From the NCBI GenBank assembly GCA_018698675.1, contig JABIPA010000023.1:37409-101408 (forward strand): DNA of 64,000 nucleotides, written 5' to 3'. The DNA comes from a bacterium (GTDB lineage: Bacteria; Margulisbacteria; Marinamargulisbacteria; JABIPA01). A program made the translations under genes and the position numbers. The notes under the pieces were generated by a model. The model made no database searches. It was given only the letters and a program-made list of their open reading frames with translations, and had not been told where the DNA came from. This document shows, one piece after another, positions 1 to 10,827 of the stretch (positions within the stretch are counted from its first letter, which is position 1; every line of letters starts with the position of its first letter).

Positions 1-131
1 ATAACATCGTTATCTGACCCGAATCTTGCTTCTGTAGCTGTAATTTTACCTTGAGGAACTCCTTCTGCAGGTTTAAAAGAAAAATCTTTTCCTGTTCCAA
101 AGTTTACTACTCCTGATGTTATTGCATCCAT
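1..131 (-). CDS. 5' part of an unknown protein running off the left edge (MDAITSGVVNFGTGKDFSFKPAEGVPQGKITATEARFGSDNDV...)
   Basis: Translated by hand: ATG at 131, AGGAG Shine-Dalgarno at 140-144 (minus strand), frame open to the window edge. Not in the ORF track. Confidence 0.7.
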   Translation of the reverse strand, partial: MDAITSGVVNFGTGKDFSFKPAEGVPQGKITATEARFGSDNDV

Positions 132-186
132 AATATTGTCTCCTTATTTTCTATTTTTTATTTCTAAAAATTTCATTCTTACCTAT

Positions 187-214
187 TTATCGATGTATCA
201 AAATATAAATTTCA
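187..214 (-). promoter_or_regulatory. Putative sigma28 (FliA/SigD)-like promoter TGAAATTT-N12-ATCGATAA
   Basis: CGATAA matches the sigma28 -10 core. The same bipartite motif and spacing occur at 29925-29952. Confidence 0.5.
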
Positions 215-466
215 TTTAATTTTAAATTGATAGATAATAACTTCAATAATTCAATATATTTTTAAAGTTACTCAATAAATCAAATTTTCTCAATAACTTT
301 TTAATATATGTATAGTATATTTATAAAATTAACAAAATATAAACGAATCTCAACTAAGTAATCGGAATAAGTGGTGAATTTAACAATATATTAACTTCTT
401 GAAATTGATAAATTCATAAGATTATTGTAATCTTTGCCTTCACATATTCAATTATAGGATCAATTT

Positions 467-1480
467 ATGAAAACACAACTGGAATCAATACAAAAAATTT
501 CACATGACTCGATTTTAGGAGCTAAGACATCAATAGACTTAGATCTTATTAAATCTAAAACATTAGGGAAAAATAGCGACTTTAACGGTTTGATGAAACT
601 CCTTTCTACAATACCTAAAGAAGAGCGACCAGAGATGGGTAAACTGATAAATGCTGTAAAAAAGGAGCTCGAAGCTCAAATAAACGAGAAGCAAAAAGAT
701 CTTCTCAAGTCAGAGCGAGAATCAAGTTTAGCGAATCAAACGATTGATTCAAGCTTGCCTGGGATTGAATTTCCTATCGGAACAAAACATCCAATCATAC
801 AGACAATTGAACGTATTACTGAAATTTTGGGAAGAATTGGCTTTGACACAAAAGAAGGTACAGAAATAGAGACCGATTTTTATAATTTCGAAGCCTTGAA
901 TATAAAAGAAGATCATCCAGCAAGAGATATGCACGATACATTTTATTTAAATACGGATCATGTTCTCAGAACACACACATCTCCTGCTCAAATCCATGAA
1001 ATGGAAACGAACAGCCCTCCTATTAAAATAATTGTTCCGGGGCAAGTCTTTAGATGTGATTCGGACGTTACTCATTCGCCAGTGTTTCATCAAATAGAAG
1101 GTTTATATGTAAATAAAAAAGTTTCTTTTGCTGAGTTAAAAGGGACATTATCTTTTTTCATTAACGAATTATTTGGATCCACACCTATACGATTTAGACC
1201 AAGTTATTTTCCATTCACAGAACCTTCATCAGAAATAGACGTTCAATGTGTCATGTGCCAAGGAAAGGGATGTAATGTTTGCAGTCATACGGGCTGGTTA
1301 GAAATTTTAGGTGCTGGAATGGTAAATCGAGAAGTTTTTAAATCAGTTGGTTATAATCCAGATGAGGTACAAGGCTTTGCATTTGGGGTGGGTGTAGAAC
1401 GAATTGCAATGCTAATGCATGGTATAAATGACATTCGATTATTTTATGAAAATGATCGTCGATTTTTAGAACAATTTTAA
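467..1480 (+). CDS. pheS: Phenylalanine--tRNA ligase alpha subunit
   Basis: HPARDMHDTFY, RTHTSP, FHQIEG, RPSYFPFTEPS and GFAFGVGVERIAM motifs; directly upstream of pheT. Confidence 0.98.
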   Translation: MKTQLESIQKISHDSILGAKTSIDLDLIKSKTLGKNSDFNGLMKLLSTIPKEERPEMGKLINAVKKELEAQINEKQKDLLKSERESSLANQTIDSSLPGIEFPIGTKHPIIQTIERITEILGRIGFDTKEGTEIETDFYNFEALNIKEDHPARDMHDTFYLNTDHVLRTHTSPAQIHEMETNSPPIKIIVPGQVFRCDSDVTHSPVFHQIEGLYVNKKVSFAELKGTLSFFINELFGSTPIRFRPSYFPFTEPSSEIDVQCVMCQGKGCNVCSHTGWLEILGAGMVNREVFKSVGYNPDEVQGFAFGVGVERIAMLMHGINDIRLFYENDRRFLEQF

Positions 1481-1502
1481 GATTTAGGAAGCGTATAAAA
1501 AT

Positions 1503-3914
1503 ATGAAATTTTCACTGAATTGGTTAAAAGAATATGTAAATATCTCAATAACGACTGACGAGTTAGTAAATAAGCTTGTAATGGCGGGACATGAAGTAGA
1601 GGAAATTATTGAACTTGGTCACGAGTTAAAGAACGTTGTTACCGGCAAAATTCTTTCTATAGAGAAACATCCGGATGCAGATAAATTAGTGATTACTCAG
1701 ATTTCTGATGGAACGACAGAACACCAAATCGTTACTGGCGCAAATAATATTAGTGTTGGAGATATTGTTCCTGTAGCTATTCCGGGAGCCGTTTTACATA
1801 AAGGATTTAAAATAAAGGCGTCTAAATTGAGAGGTGTTCCATCTAATGGAATGTTATGTTCAGAGACAGAGCTTGGTCTTACAGAATCTTCGAATGGAAT
1901 TTGGATTTTGGATAAAGAAATCCCTGTAGGTGTGGATTTTATATCATACGCATCTCTACGAGATACCATTCTTGATGTGTCTATTTTGCCAAACCGAGGG
2001 GATTGTCAAAGTATATACGGTCTTGCCCGAGACTTATCTGTTGTTTTAAATACTCCTTTGAAGAAGTTGGAGATATCAGTGAATTTAACTGAAGCGTCGT
2101 CTACTTTATCTTTTTCTAATGAAGGAAAAGAATTTTGTGACCGTTACACAGGTCGAATCATTAGAAACATTAAACCTACAGAAACGCCTTTAAAAATAAA
2201 ACGCTTTTTACAAGGAATGGGTGTAGGGACGATAAATTTTGTCGTAGATATAACTAATTATGTTTTGCTTGAAACAGGCCAGCCTTTACATGCCTTCGAT
2301 TTTTCTCATGTTAATGGGTATGACGTTTCCTGTAAGCAAGCAAATTCGAAAGAAAAGATAAAAGGCTTAGATTCAAAGACATATGAACTGAATACAGAAG
2401 ATTATGTAATTGCTATTGATGGGAAGGCTCAGGCGATAGCAGGGCTTATAGGTGGCGATGAATCATCAGTTAAGGAATCTACATCTGATATATTTTTGGA
2501 AGCAGCTAATTTTAGGTCTGCTCCTATAAGAAAAGCACAGCAACGACATGGATTGAGAACTGAAAGTTCGATTCGATTTGAAAAAGGAACTGATGTAGAA
2601 GCTGTTGAACGAGCGTCAGCAAGGGCTGCTCATTTGTATCAAAAATATGCAGGAGCTGTTGTTGAGTCACTCGCTATTGATTATAAAAAAGAAGGTGTTG
2701 GTTCATCATCTTCCATTAAATTTTCATATAGAGATATTACGCAACTTATTGGATTGAATTTATCCAATCAAGATATTGATAATCCTTTAAGACAATTGGG
2801 TTTTGAAATCGAAAATGGACGTGTTTTTGTTCCCTCGTGGAGAGTGAATGATTGTGTTGATTGGCCTTGTCTTGCAGAAGAAGTTCTTAGGATAAACGGA
2901 TTTGATGGTGTTCCTGAGGTTTTGCCTTTAGAAACAGTTGTTCCTTCAAAAAAAGAAAGAAAAAGAGAACTTCGAGATTTGATGTCAAATTTTATGATTA
3001 GTAATGGGTTTAACCAAGTTGTCTCTTTCCCAATGATTTCTCCGAAAGTAGCGGTTAACCAAGATTTAGTTATTAAAAATCCTATTTCTTCGGAAGAGTC
3101 TGTTATGCGTGCGGATATTCGGCCAGAATTATTAAGAATTGCAGAACACAATTTAAAAAGACAACAAGAACATTTGAAATTGTTTGAAGTTGGTAAGGGA
3201 TTTTCGTTAGTTGATAACCAGCCAAAAGACACCGTTTTTTGTGAAGGTATATGTACTGGCGCACTATTTGGAAAGTCTTATCAAAAAGATGTCGCTAAAA
3301 TTAAAGGTGATGATTATTTTGTTCTAAAAGGTTACTTAGTAACTTGCTTTAAACATATTGGCTTTAATTTAGAGTTTTTATCGGTGGAAGAGGCCAAGGA
3401 AGAGGAACTTAAAGAAGCGAGTCTCAAAAATAAAGGTGATGATTCTGGTGCTTATATTCCGGGCAAACATACTTATTTGACTGTCAATAAGAAAGTGGTT
3501 GGGGAATTTGGTATATTGCATCCAAATTTTTTGGACACATATGATATTTCGGATCAAGTATCTTACTTTAAATTAAATATCACTATCCTTTCCAAACTGA
3601 ATGTAGAAATTGCTAAGTATCGTCCATTTTCAAAATTCCCGTCGACTAGGCGTGATATTGCTCTTGTTATTCCTAAAACACTTGCATACGACAAAATTGA
3701 ACGATTTGTAGAAACTAACAAACCTAGGACCTTGAAAAAAACGTTTATTTTCGACGTGTTTGAGTCTGATAAGATTGGTTCAGACAACCGAAGTATAGGA
3801 TTAGCATTTGTGTATCAAAATGATAAAAAGACGCTAGAGGACAAAGACGTTAATAGGGCCCACGACAAATTATCGGAAAGACTCTTAAAAGAGTTTAATC
3901 TTTCGTCTAGATAG
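1503..3914 (+). CDS. pheT: Phenylalanine--tRNA ligase beta subunit
   Basis: tRNA-binding OB domain (KHPDADKL, LRGVPSNGMLCS), PNRGDC, GQPLHAFD, C-terminal FDX-ACB domain (FPSTRRDIA). Confidence 0.98.
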   Translation: MKFSLNWLKEYVNISITTDELVNKLVMAGHEVEEIIELGHELKNVVTGKILSIEKHPDADKLVITQISDGTTEHQIVTGANNISVGDIVPVAIPGAVLHKGFKIKASKLRGVPSNGMLCSETELGLTESSNGIWILDKEIPVGVDFISYASLRDTILDVSILPNRGDCQSIYGLARDLSVVLNTPLKKLEISVNLTEASSTLSFSNEGKEFCDRYTGRIIRNIKPTETPLKIKRFLQGMGVGTINFVVDITNYVLLETGQPLHAFDFSHVNGYDVSCKQANSKEKIKGLDSKTYELNTEDYVIAIDGKAQAIAGLIGGDESSVKESTSDIFLEAANFRSAPIRKAQQRHGLRTESSIRFEKGTDVEAVERASARAAHLYQKYAGAVVESLAIDYKKEGVGSSSSIKFSYRDITQLIGLNLSNQDIDNPLRQLGFEIENGRVFVPSWRVNDCVDWPCLAEEVLRINGFDGVPEVLPLETVVPSKKERKRELRDLMSNFMISNGFNQVVSFPMISPKVAVNQDLVIKNPISSEESVMRADIRPELLRIAEHNLKRQQEHLKLFEVGKGFSLVDNQPKDTVFCEGICTGALFGKSYQKDVAKIKGDDYFVLKGYLVTCFKHIGFNLEFLSVEEAKEEELKEASLKNKGDDSGAYIPGKHTYLTVNKKVVGEFGILHPNFLDTYDISDQVSYFKLNITILSKLNVEIAKYRPFSKFPSTRRDIALVIPKTLAYDKIERFVETNKPRTLKKTFIFDVFESDKIGSDNRSIGLAFVYQNDKKTLEDKDVNRAHDKLSERLLKEFNLSSR

Positions 3915-3937
3915 TTGCTATTAAGGGTTTTTAAAAA

Positions 3938-6379
3938 ATGATAGAAACTCCTATGTTACGCCAATATCTTGCTATTAAAAAAAACTATCAAGATGCAATT
4001 CTGTTTTTTCGATTAGGCGATTTTTATGAAATGTTTTTGGATGATGCTAAACTCGCTTCACGAGAATTGTCGCTTACATTAACAGGTAGAGGAAAAGATG
4101 AAAATCGAATTCCTATGTGTGGTATCCCTCATCATTCATCTAGTTCTTATATAACAAAATTAGTTAACAAAGGTTATAAAGTAGCCATTTGTGAACAAGT
4201 AGAAGCTGCCGATTCAAAAAAGGGGATTACGAAGCGTGATGTCGTAAGAGTGATAACTCCGGGGACAGCTTCAGAATCTACAAATATTGAAGAGACAGAA
4301 CATAATTTTATCGTATCAATTTCCTATTCTCTTTTAAATAATAAATACGGAATCTGTTTTGGAGATGCGAGTACAGGTGAAACATTCGCATATGAAGTAA
4401 GTCAAAAGATAGACGCAATTAATGCTATTTATCGTTTAGGGGCAAAAGAGATTTTATTGGATGTTAACTGTGAATTGGTTTTAGATGATTCAGTATTAAT
4501 AAATAGGTTCGAATCAGTGTCTTTTGAAAAAGCAGAAAAAAAATTATGTTCACATTTTAATCTTCAGTCATTAAAGAGTTTTGGAATTGAAGATTTAAAT
4601 AGTTCATTTCCCGCCGTTTGGGCATACCTCGATTATTTAATGGATACTCAAAAAAATGGAGTCCCTCAAGTTAAAAATATTCATCCATTTTCTATAAATT
4701 TCACCATGCAGATGGATAAACAGACCATTAAAAATTTGGAGCTAACTAAGGCCTTAGACAGAAAGTCTGACGAAGGAACATTGTTTTGGGTTTTGAATGA
4801 GACGAAAACGAGTATGGGTGGTCGTCATTTAAGACATCGATTGATTCATCCTTTTAGAGACGAATCGAGCATTAACAAGCAATTAGATGCTGTCGAATCT
4901 TTGGTAGAAAATTACCAATCGAGAGAGAGTGTTAGAGAACATTTGAATGCCGTGTATGATTTGGAACGGTTGATGACTAGAATAGCAGGAGATAGTCAAA
5001 ATCCTAGAGACTTAGTAGCTCTTAAAGAATCCTTAATTAAATGCCAGGAAATCAGGCTTTCAGATGTTAATGGCGACCTTTTAAAAGAGTCAAAATTGTT
5101 TTTTGATTCGTTATCTGACGTAACTAAACCGTGTTCTAATATTATTCAATTGATTGAGTCGTCGATTAAAGAAAACCCTCCCGTAAATTTAAGAGACGGA
5201 TTTGTAATTAGAGAAGGCTACAATTCCGAACTTGATGACCTTTCTACCTCTTTTTCAGAAATTAGAACATGGATATCAACATTAGAAAATGTTGAACGAG
5301 AAAAGACCGGTTTAAAGATTAAATTGGGATTTAATAGGGTGTTTGGATACTATTTTGAGGTTTCTAATTTATACAAAGATCAGGTACCAGACTATTATAT
5401 TAGAAAGCAAACATTAACAAATGGGGAACGGTTCATAACTCCTGAGTTAAAGGAAAAAGAGACAATCCTTTTAAATGGCGAAGAGAAGCAAAAAACACTT
5501 GAACTAGAAATATATAAAAAAGTTATTTTGGAGATTAAAGAATTTATACCTTTTATCCAATTATTGTCAGAACATATTGCAAAAATAGATTGTATTCAGT
5601 CATTGGCGACAGTTGCCCAGAAATTTAGATATACACGTCCTGAATTTGTTCAGGCAAAAGAGAATCCTGTCTTTGAAGTTAAACAAGGGAGGCATCCCGT
5701 TCTCGATAAAAAAGATGATGTTCAATTTATACCAAATGATCTTGAGTTGAATACAGATTGTTCTTTTTATTTAATTACGGGTCCCAATATGGCTGGTAAA
5801 TCAACCTATATGCGGCAAATGGCATTAATCGCTGTAATGGCTCAAATAGGAAGTTTTGTACCGGCAGAGTCTGTGGTAATGAGTCCTATCGATCGTCTGT
5901 TTACTCGAATAGGGACATTGGATAATTTATATTCTGGTCAGAGTACATTTATGGTTGAAATGCTTGAAACGGCTACGATATTAAATAATGCAACATCAAA
6001 CAGTTTTATTGTTTTAGATGAAATAGGTAGAGGTACATCCACATTTGATGGAATGAGTATAGCTGGGGCAGTTAGCCAGCATATTCATGACGGTATTAGG
6101 GCAAGAGCTCTTTTCGCTACCCATTATCACGAGTTGAACGAGCTATCTAAATCGTGTCGTCGTCTTAAAAATTATAGTATGAAAATTTCGGAAGTAGATG
6201 GGCAGGTAATTTTTAATTATGAGCTTATAGATGGTCCAGCTGATAAAAGCTACGGAATTCATGTCGCAGAAATGGCAGGTCTTCCAAATGAGGTTATTCA
6301 ACAGGCGAAACTTAGCTTAGAGAAATATGAGCAAGAATCTGCCCAGGAGACTGCAAGTGCTCAACTTGCTTTATTTTAG
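3938..6379 (+). CDS. mutS: DNA mismatch repair protein MutS
   Basis: TPMLRQY, FFRLGDFYEMF, Walker A TGPNMAGKSTY, STFMVEM, DEIGRGTS, FATHYHEL, SYGIHVA. Confidence 0.98.
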   Translation: MIETPMLRQYLAIKKNYQDAILFFRLGDFYEMFLDDAKLASRELSLTLTGRGKDENRIPMCGIPHHSSSSYITKLVNKGYKVAICEQVEAADSKKGITKRDVVRVITPGTASESTNIEETEHNFIVSISYSLLNNKYGICFGDASTGETFAYEVSQKIDAINAIYRLGAKEILLDVNCELVLDDSVLINRFESVSFEKAEKKLCSHFNLQSLKSFGIEDLNSSFPAVWAYLDYLMDTQKNGVPQVKNIHPFSINFTMQMDKQTIKNLELTKALDRKSDEGTLFWVLNETKTSMGGRHLRHRLIHPFRDESSINKQLDAVESLVENYQSRESVREHLNAVYDLERLMTRIAGDSQNPRDLVALKESLIKCQEIRLSDVNGDLLKESKLFFDSLSDVTKPCSNIIQLIESSIKENPPVNLRDGFVIREGYNSELDDLSTSFSEIRTWISTLENVEREKTGLKIKLGFNRVFGYYFEVSNLYKDQVPDYYIRKQTLTNGERFITPELKEKETILLNGEEKQKTLELEIYKKVILEIKEFIPFIQLLSEHIAKIDCIQSLATVAQKFRYTRPEFVQAKENPVFEVKQGRHPVLDKKDDVQFIPNDLELNTDCSFYLITGPNMAGKSTYMRQMALIAVMAQIGSFVPAESVVMSPIDRLFTRIGTLDNLYSGQSTFMVEMLETATILNNATSNSFIVLDEIGRGTSTFDGMSIAGAVSQHIHDGIRARALFATHYHELNELSKSCRRLKNYSMKISEVDGQVIFNYELIDGPADKSYGIHVAEMAGLPNEVIQQAKLSLEKYEQESAQETASAQLALF

Positions 6380-6382
6380 TCT

Positions 6383-6937
6383 ATGAATATTTCAACTCCA
6401 TTATTAATTAAACCAAGGTTATTTAAAGATAATAGAGGCCATTTTTTTGAAAAATATAAACAATCGTCGTTTAAAGCATTGGGTATTAACGAACCAATCG
6501 TTCAGCTTAATGAAAGTAAATCTACTAAAGGGACATTAAGAGGTCTACACTTTCAAATTCCACCTTATTCTCAGGCCAAAATAGTATCTGTTTGTCATGG
6601 AGAAATTTTGGATGTAGTAGTAGATATTAACCCTTTTTCTCCCACATTTAAAACTTGGAAGCAATTCAATTTATCTTCCGAAAATAGACATAGTTTATAT
6701 GTCCCAGGGGATTACGCTCATGGTTTTTTAGTATTAAGCGATGAAGCCGTTGTTCAATATATGTGTAGTAGTGAATATTCTCCGGAAAGCGAAAGAGGCA
6801 TTATTTGGAACGAGAAAGAGTTTGGAATAGAATGGCCGGTGCAAGAAGGAGCTCCTCTTCAGTTTTCAGAAAAAGATGAAAAAGCGTCTTCTTTATCAAG
6901 CTTAAAGGACGAGCTAAAGAGTGTCTTCCGCAAATAA
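6383..6937 (+). CDS. rfbC: dTDP-4-dehydrorhamnose 3,5-epimerase
   Basis: FKDNRGHFFE, GTLRGLHFQ, DVVVD, AHGF and SEKD motifs of RmlC. Confidence 0.95.
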   Translation: MNISTPLLIKPRLFKDNRGHFFEKYKQSSFKALGINEPIVQLNESKSTKGTLRGLHFQIPPYSQAKIVSVCHGEILDVVVDINPFSPTFKTWKQFNLSSENRHSLYVPGDYAHGFLVLSDEAVVQYMCSSEYSPESERGIIWNEKEFGIEWPVQEGAPLQFSEKDEKASSLSSLKDELKSVFRK

Positions 6938-7835
6938 TTTATTAGACGTCTCCTCTAGTTATATGTCGTTCGATGACTATCCTTTTAGAGTATATAGTGC
7001 GTGTAAACAGGATGATGACGTTGCATTAGTAATCGTTCATGGGATGATGGAGCATGGAAAGCGGTACTTCGAGTTTGCCAAATTTCTTCAAGACAATAAT
7101 GTATCAACTTATATTTTAGATTTACCTGGTCATGGTGAAACAGGTGACTTCAACAAAGATTTTGGTCATATGGACGATGAAGGGTGGTCTCATGCAGTTG
7201 GGTGTGTAGATGAACTTGTGAGATCGATTTCAAATTCAAAAAAGAATATTTTTATATATGGACACAGCATGGGTAGTTTTCTAGCGATGAAGGTTGGATT
7301 AACGAACTCCTTGATCAAAGGGATTGTCTTATCGGGAATGACATACCCGCCAATTGTTTCACTTAGAGTAGGGCGGGTTTTAACGGATATATGTAAGTTG
7401 GTTAATCCTAAGTTATCTGGCTGGGTTTTTCACAAACTAACCTTTCTTTTATGTGAAAATAGTTTTAAAAAAGATACATCAAAGTTTGCATGGTTATCAT
7501 CGGACAAAGCTAAAGTTGAAGAATATTCTTCAGATAAATATTGTGGGAAATTGTGTACAGTTGGGTTTTACAATCAATTGTTTAAAGGGGTGCATTCAGT
7601 TATAGATTTTGTACCGTGTCGGAAAGTAAATACATACATTTTATCGAGCTTAGATGACCCAATGGGAGGCTACGGAAGAGGGCCTAAAATGTGGGCAAAA
7701 TGTATAGCTAAAAAATGGGGGAGCAAGCTTAATTTTGTAGAGTATAGGGGCCGCCACGAATTGATTAATGAAATTGACCGGAAAAACGTCTATAATGACA
7801 TCCTTAACTGGATAAAGAGGAGCCGAAGAACATGA
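6921..7835 (+). CDS. Alpha/beta hydrolase, lysophospholipase (Hydrolase_4) family
   Basis: VHGMMEH, DLPGHG, nucleophile elbow GHSMG, RHELINE. Confidence 0.9.
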   Translation: MSSANNLLDVSSSYMSFDDYPFRVYSACKQDDDVALVIVHGMMEHGKRYFEFAKFLQDNNVSTYILDLPGHGETGDFNKDFGHMDDEGWSHAVGCVDELVRSISNSKKNIFIYGHSMGSFLAMKVGLTNSLIKGIVLSGMTYPPIVSLRVGRVLTDICKLVNPKLSGWVFHKLTFLLCENSFKKDTSKFAWLSSDKAKVEEYSSDKYCGKLCTVGFYNQLFKGVHSVIDFVPCRKVNTYILSSLDDPMGGYGRGPKMWAKCIAKKWGSKLNFVEYRGRHELINEIDRKNVYNDILNWIKRSRRT

Positions 7836-9655
7836 ACTGGAAAACAAGAGTACACTGTAATACCGTAAGCGAAACGAATTTGAATGAGACAATTCATTTA
7901 AATGGATGGGTAGATGCTGTAAGAGATCACGGGCATTTATTTTTTATTCATTTAAGAGACATATCAGGAATTGTGCAGCTTGTTTTCGATCCTACAAAAA
8001 ACAAAACATGTTATGACATAGGAAAAAAATTACGTTCTGAGTGGACAGTAGACGTTAAAGGAACTGTTTTAAAACGAGATTCGGAAAGTATTAATGCACA
8101 ACTGGAAACGGGATGTTTTGAAGTTGAAGTTACAGATATTAATGTGTTAAGCCAATCAGAAACCCCACCATTTTCAATTTCTGAAAAAGATATAACATCA
8201 GAACACGAACGTAATTACGAAGTAGATGAAGAGTTAAGACTGAAATATAGATATTTGGACTTACGTAGACCGTCTATGAAAAATAATATGATTCAGAGGC
8301 ATAAAATTGTGAAGGCTATTCATAACTTTTTGGATGCTCGTGACTTTTTGAACATCGAGACTCCAATGCTAACAAAGAGTACGCCTGAAGGAGCACGGGA
8401 TTACTTGGTTCCTAGTAGAGTACATAAGACTAAATTTTACGCGTTACCTCAATCTCCCCAACTTTATAAACAGATGATTATGATGAGTGGATTAGAACGG
8501 TATTATCAAATCGTGAAATGCTTTAGAGATGAAGATCTTCGTCCAAACCGTCAGCCAGAATTTACTCAAGTTGATATTGAAGCGTCATTCATCGACGAAT
8601 CGTTTATTTTTGATTTGCTAGAAGGTTTAATTTCAGAAGTGTTTAAAACACAAAATATGAAAACATCTGCTCCTTTTCCTAGAATAACTTATGAAGATGC
8701 GATGAACACTTATGGTTCTGATAAACCGGATATTCGGTTTGATATGAAAATGGTAGACATGACAGAGGCATTTAAGGGTGTTGGATACAAAATATTTAAT
8801 CAAATTGTAGAGTCTGGCGGAAGTATAAAAGGAATTAATATTCCGGGACAAGCTGGGAATTTAGGGAAAAATTTACTTCAAAATGAATTTGCAAAAAAGT
8901 TGATACCAAAAATGGGTGGTAAAGGTATGACTTGGATGAAAGTTGAAGACGGTAAGTTGAATTCAAATATTGTTCAATTTTTTAACGATGACTATCAACA
9001 AAAAATGATATCGGCATTAGACGGTAAAGATGGAGATGTTCTCATTTTTATTGCAGATACAGATCCTGATTTAGTAAATGAAGTGTTGGGTAAATTTAGA
9101 TTGTTTATTGCTGATAGACAGGGATTAATCGATACAACAAAAAATGGTCTATGTTGGATTACAGAGTTTCCTTTGTTCGAAATGAAAGAGGGTAACTTAA
9201 GTTCAATGCATCACCCTTTTACTATGCCTGATGACAGTTTTATGGATATTGATATAAATGATAAAGATGCATTCTTAAATGTTAAATCTAGGGGCTATGA
9301 CCTTGTCTTGAATGGTGAAGAGATTGGCGGAGGGTCAGTTAGAATTCACGATACTAAAATGCAAAGCAAACTATTTGAGGTATTAGGCTTAACCGAAAGT
9401 GAAATCGAGGAGAAATTTGGATTTTTCGTTAACGCATTAAAGTTTGGTGCGCCTCCTCACGGTGGGTTGGCTATCGGACTAGATAGGTTAGTCTCTATAT
9501 TACTAGAAACCAATAGCATTAGAGATGTGATTGCATTTCCTAAAAATAGAGCAGCAGGTTGTCCACTAACGCAATCTCCAGATTCGGTTAAAAATAGTCA
9601 ACTTGCAGAATTGTCTATTCAGACGATTGAAGAAGAGGAATCCGTTTCCGTTTAG
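7832..9655 (+). CDS. aspS: Aspartate--tRNA ligase, probably non-discriminating Asp/Asn
   Basis: RLKYRYLDLRR, TPEGARDYLVPSR, ALPQSPQ, RDEDLR, HHPFT, GAPPHGG; His in RDHG is typical of non-discriminating AspRS. Confidence 0.97.
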   Translation: MNWKTRVHCNTVSETNLNETIHLNGWVDAVRDHGHLFFIHLRDISGIVQLVFDPTKNKTCYDIGKKLRSEWTVDVKGTVLKRDSESINAQLETGCFEVEVTDINVLSQSETPPFSISEKDITSEHERNYEVDEELRLKYRYLDLRRPSMKNNMIQRHKIVKAIHNFLDARDFLNIETPMLTKSTPEGARDYLVPSRVHKTKFYALPQSPQLYKQMIMMSGLERYYQIVKCFRDEDLRPNRQPEFTQVDIEASFIDESFIFDLLEGLISEVFKTQNMKTSAPFPRITYEDAMNTYGSDKPDIRFDMKMVDMTEAFKGVGYKIFNQIVESGGSIKGINIPGQAGNLGKNLLQNEFAKKLIPKMGGKGMTWMKVEDGKLNSNIVQFFNDDYQQKMISALDGKDGDVLIFIADTDPDLVNEVLGKFRLFIADRQGLIDTTKNGLCWITEFPLFEMKEGNLSSMHHPFTMPDDSFMDIDINDKDAFLNVKSRGYDLVLNGEEIGGGSVRIHDTKMQSKLFEVLGLTESEIEEKFGFFVNALKFGAPPHGGLAIGLDRLVSILLETNSIRDVIAFPKNRAAGCPLTQSPDSVKNSQLAELSIQTIEEEESVSV

Positions 9656-9676
9656 TGAGAAACTGTCGTTAATAAA

Positions 9677-9715
9677 ATAGGTTTCTTTTGATCATCGTTT
9701 TTAAAAGGAACCTAT
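9677..9715. terminator. Hairpin between convergent aspS and the OCD/AlaDH gene, probable bidirectional terminator
   Basis: ATAGGTTTCTTTT ... AAAAGGAACCTAT, a 13-bp stem with one G:U pair. Confidence 0.6.
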
Positions 9716-9789
9716 GTTTATTTCGAAGATATTACGTTTTATTAATTTGTATGAAACAATTTTTAGAATCAATTTCTATTAAAAAGTAA

Positions 9790-10824
9790 TTAAAAGGGAA
9801 GTAAACTAACGCCCTCTGGAATACAACCCGTTTCCTCAATAGTTTTTTTAACTTCAAGAAATACGTGACTAGCCGATTCAAGATCCTGAACAGCTAATCC
9901 TGTGGAATCAAAAATAGTAATTTCAGAAGAATTTATCCGTCCTTGTTGATTATTGGTCAAAATTTCGCCAAGTGTTCCTCGGATATTCGATTTTGAAATT
10001 ATTTTATTAGATATAGGAACGTTTATTTCCCCAGAATGGGACGCTTGTTCAAAATCATCGACAACGATGATACTAGAGCGTAAGAGTTCAGGATCAAGTT
10101 CCTGTTTACCTTCTGCATCTGCCCCGATAGCATTTATATGTGTACCAGGCATAACCCATTCTTTCTTTATTAATGGGGACCTTGAAGGTGTTGTTGTTAC
10201 GATAATATCAGCAGATTCAACAGAGTGTTGAATGGATGTTTCTATAGTCACTTTTCCTGAAAATAAGAATTTAAGTTTTTCTTTTAAAGACGTTGCTACA
10301 TTGACGTCTAAATCAAAAATTGAAATATGTGTTAAATTTGAAGCACAAATGATAGCTTTTGCCTGGAAAAAGGCCTGGTTACCGGCACCAATTAAACTTA
10401 AACGAGAGGCGCCTGGTTTAGACAGATAGGCTGCTGCAAGACCACCCGATGCTCCCGTTCTTATATTCGTAAGTGATGAAGCTTCTATAATAGCAAGGGG
10501 TTGTCCCGTTTTTGGATCATTAAGTAAAAATAAGGCCATAACAGATGGAAGTGCTGATCTCGAATTGTTGTGGGAATTTACCCATTTCATGCCTGCATAT
10601 CCATTTTCTATGTATGCTGGCATAGCTCTAAAATCTCCATTGAATTGAGGAAGATCTAAATACATTTTAGGAGGCATATGCGATTGACCAATTGCGTAGT
10701 CACAAAATGCCTTTTTAACGATATCTATAGAAGTGGGAGTATCAAGAAATTTATGAACAACGGAAGAAGGAATATAGAAAAGAGAAGGTAGTTTATCCAA
10801 TCCCAATTTATCTTTTTCCGACAT
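9790..10824 (-). CDS. Ornithine cyclodeaminase/mu-crystallin family protein, archaeal-type alanine dehydrogenase-like
   Basis: MPPKMYL, GDFRAMPAY, KWVNSH, RTGA, Rossmann GAGNQA, HINAIGAD, FDSTGLAVQD. Confidence 0.88.
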   Translation of the reverse strand: MSEKDKLGLDKLPSLFYIPSSVVHKFLDTPTSIDIVKKAFCDYAIGQSHMPPKMYLDLPQFNGDFRAMPAYIENGYAGMKWVNSHNNSRSALPSVMALFLLNDPKTGQPLAIIEASSLTNIRTGASGGLAAAYLSKPGASRLSLIGAGNQAFFQAKAIICASNLTHISIFDLDVNVATSLKEKLKFLFSGKVTIETSIQHSVESADIIVTTTPSRSPLIKKEWVMPGTHINAIGADAEGKQELDPELLRSSIIVVDDFEQASHSGEINVPISNKIISKSNIRGTLGEILTNNQQGRINSSEITIFDSTGLAVQDLESASHVFLEVKKTIEETGCIPEGVSLLPF

Positions 10825-10827
10825 TAA

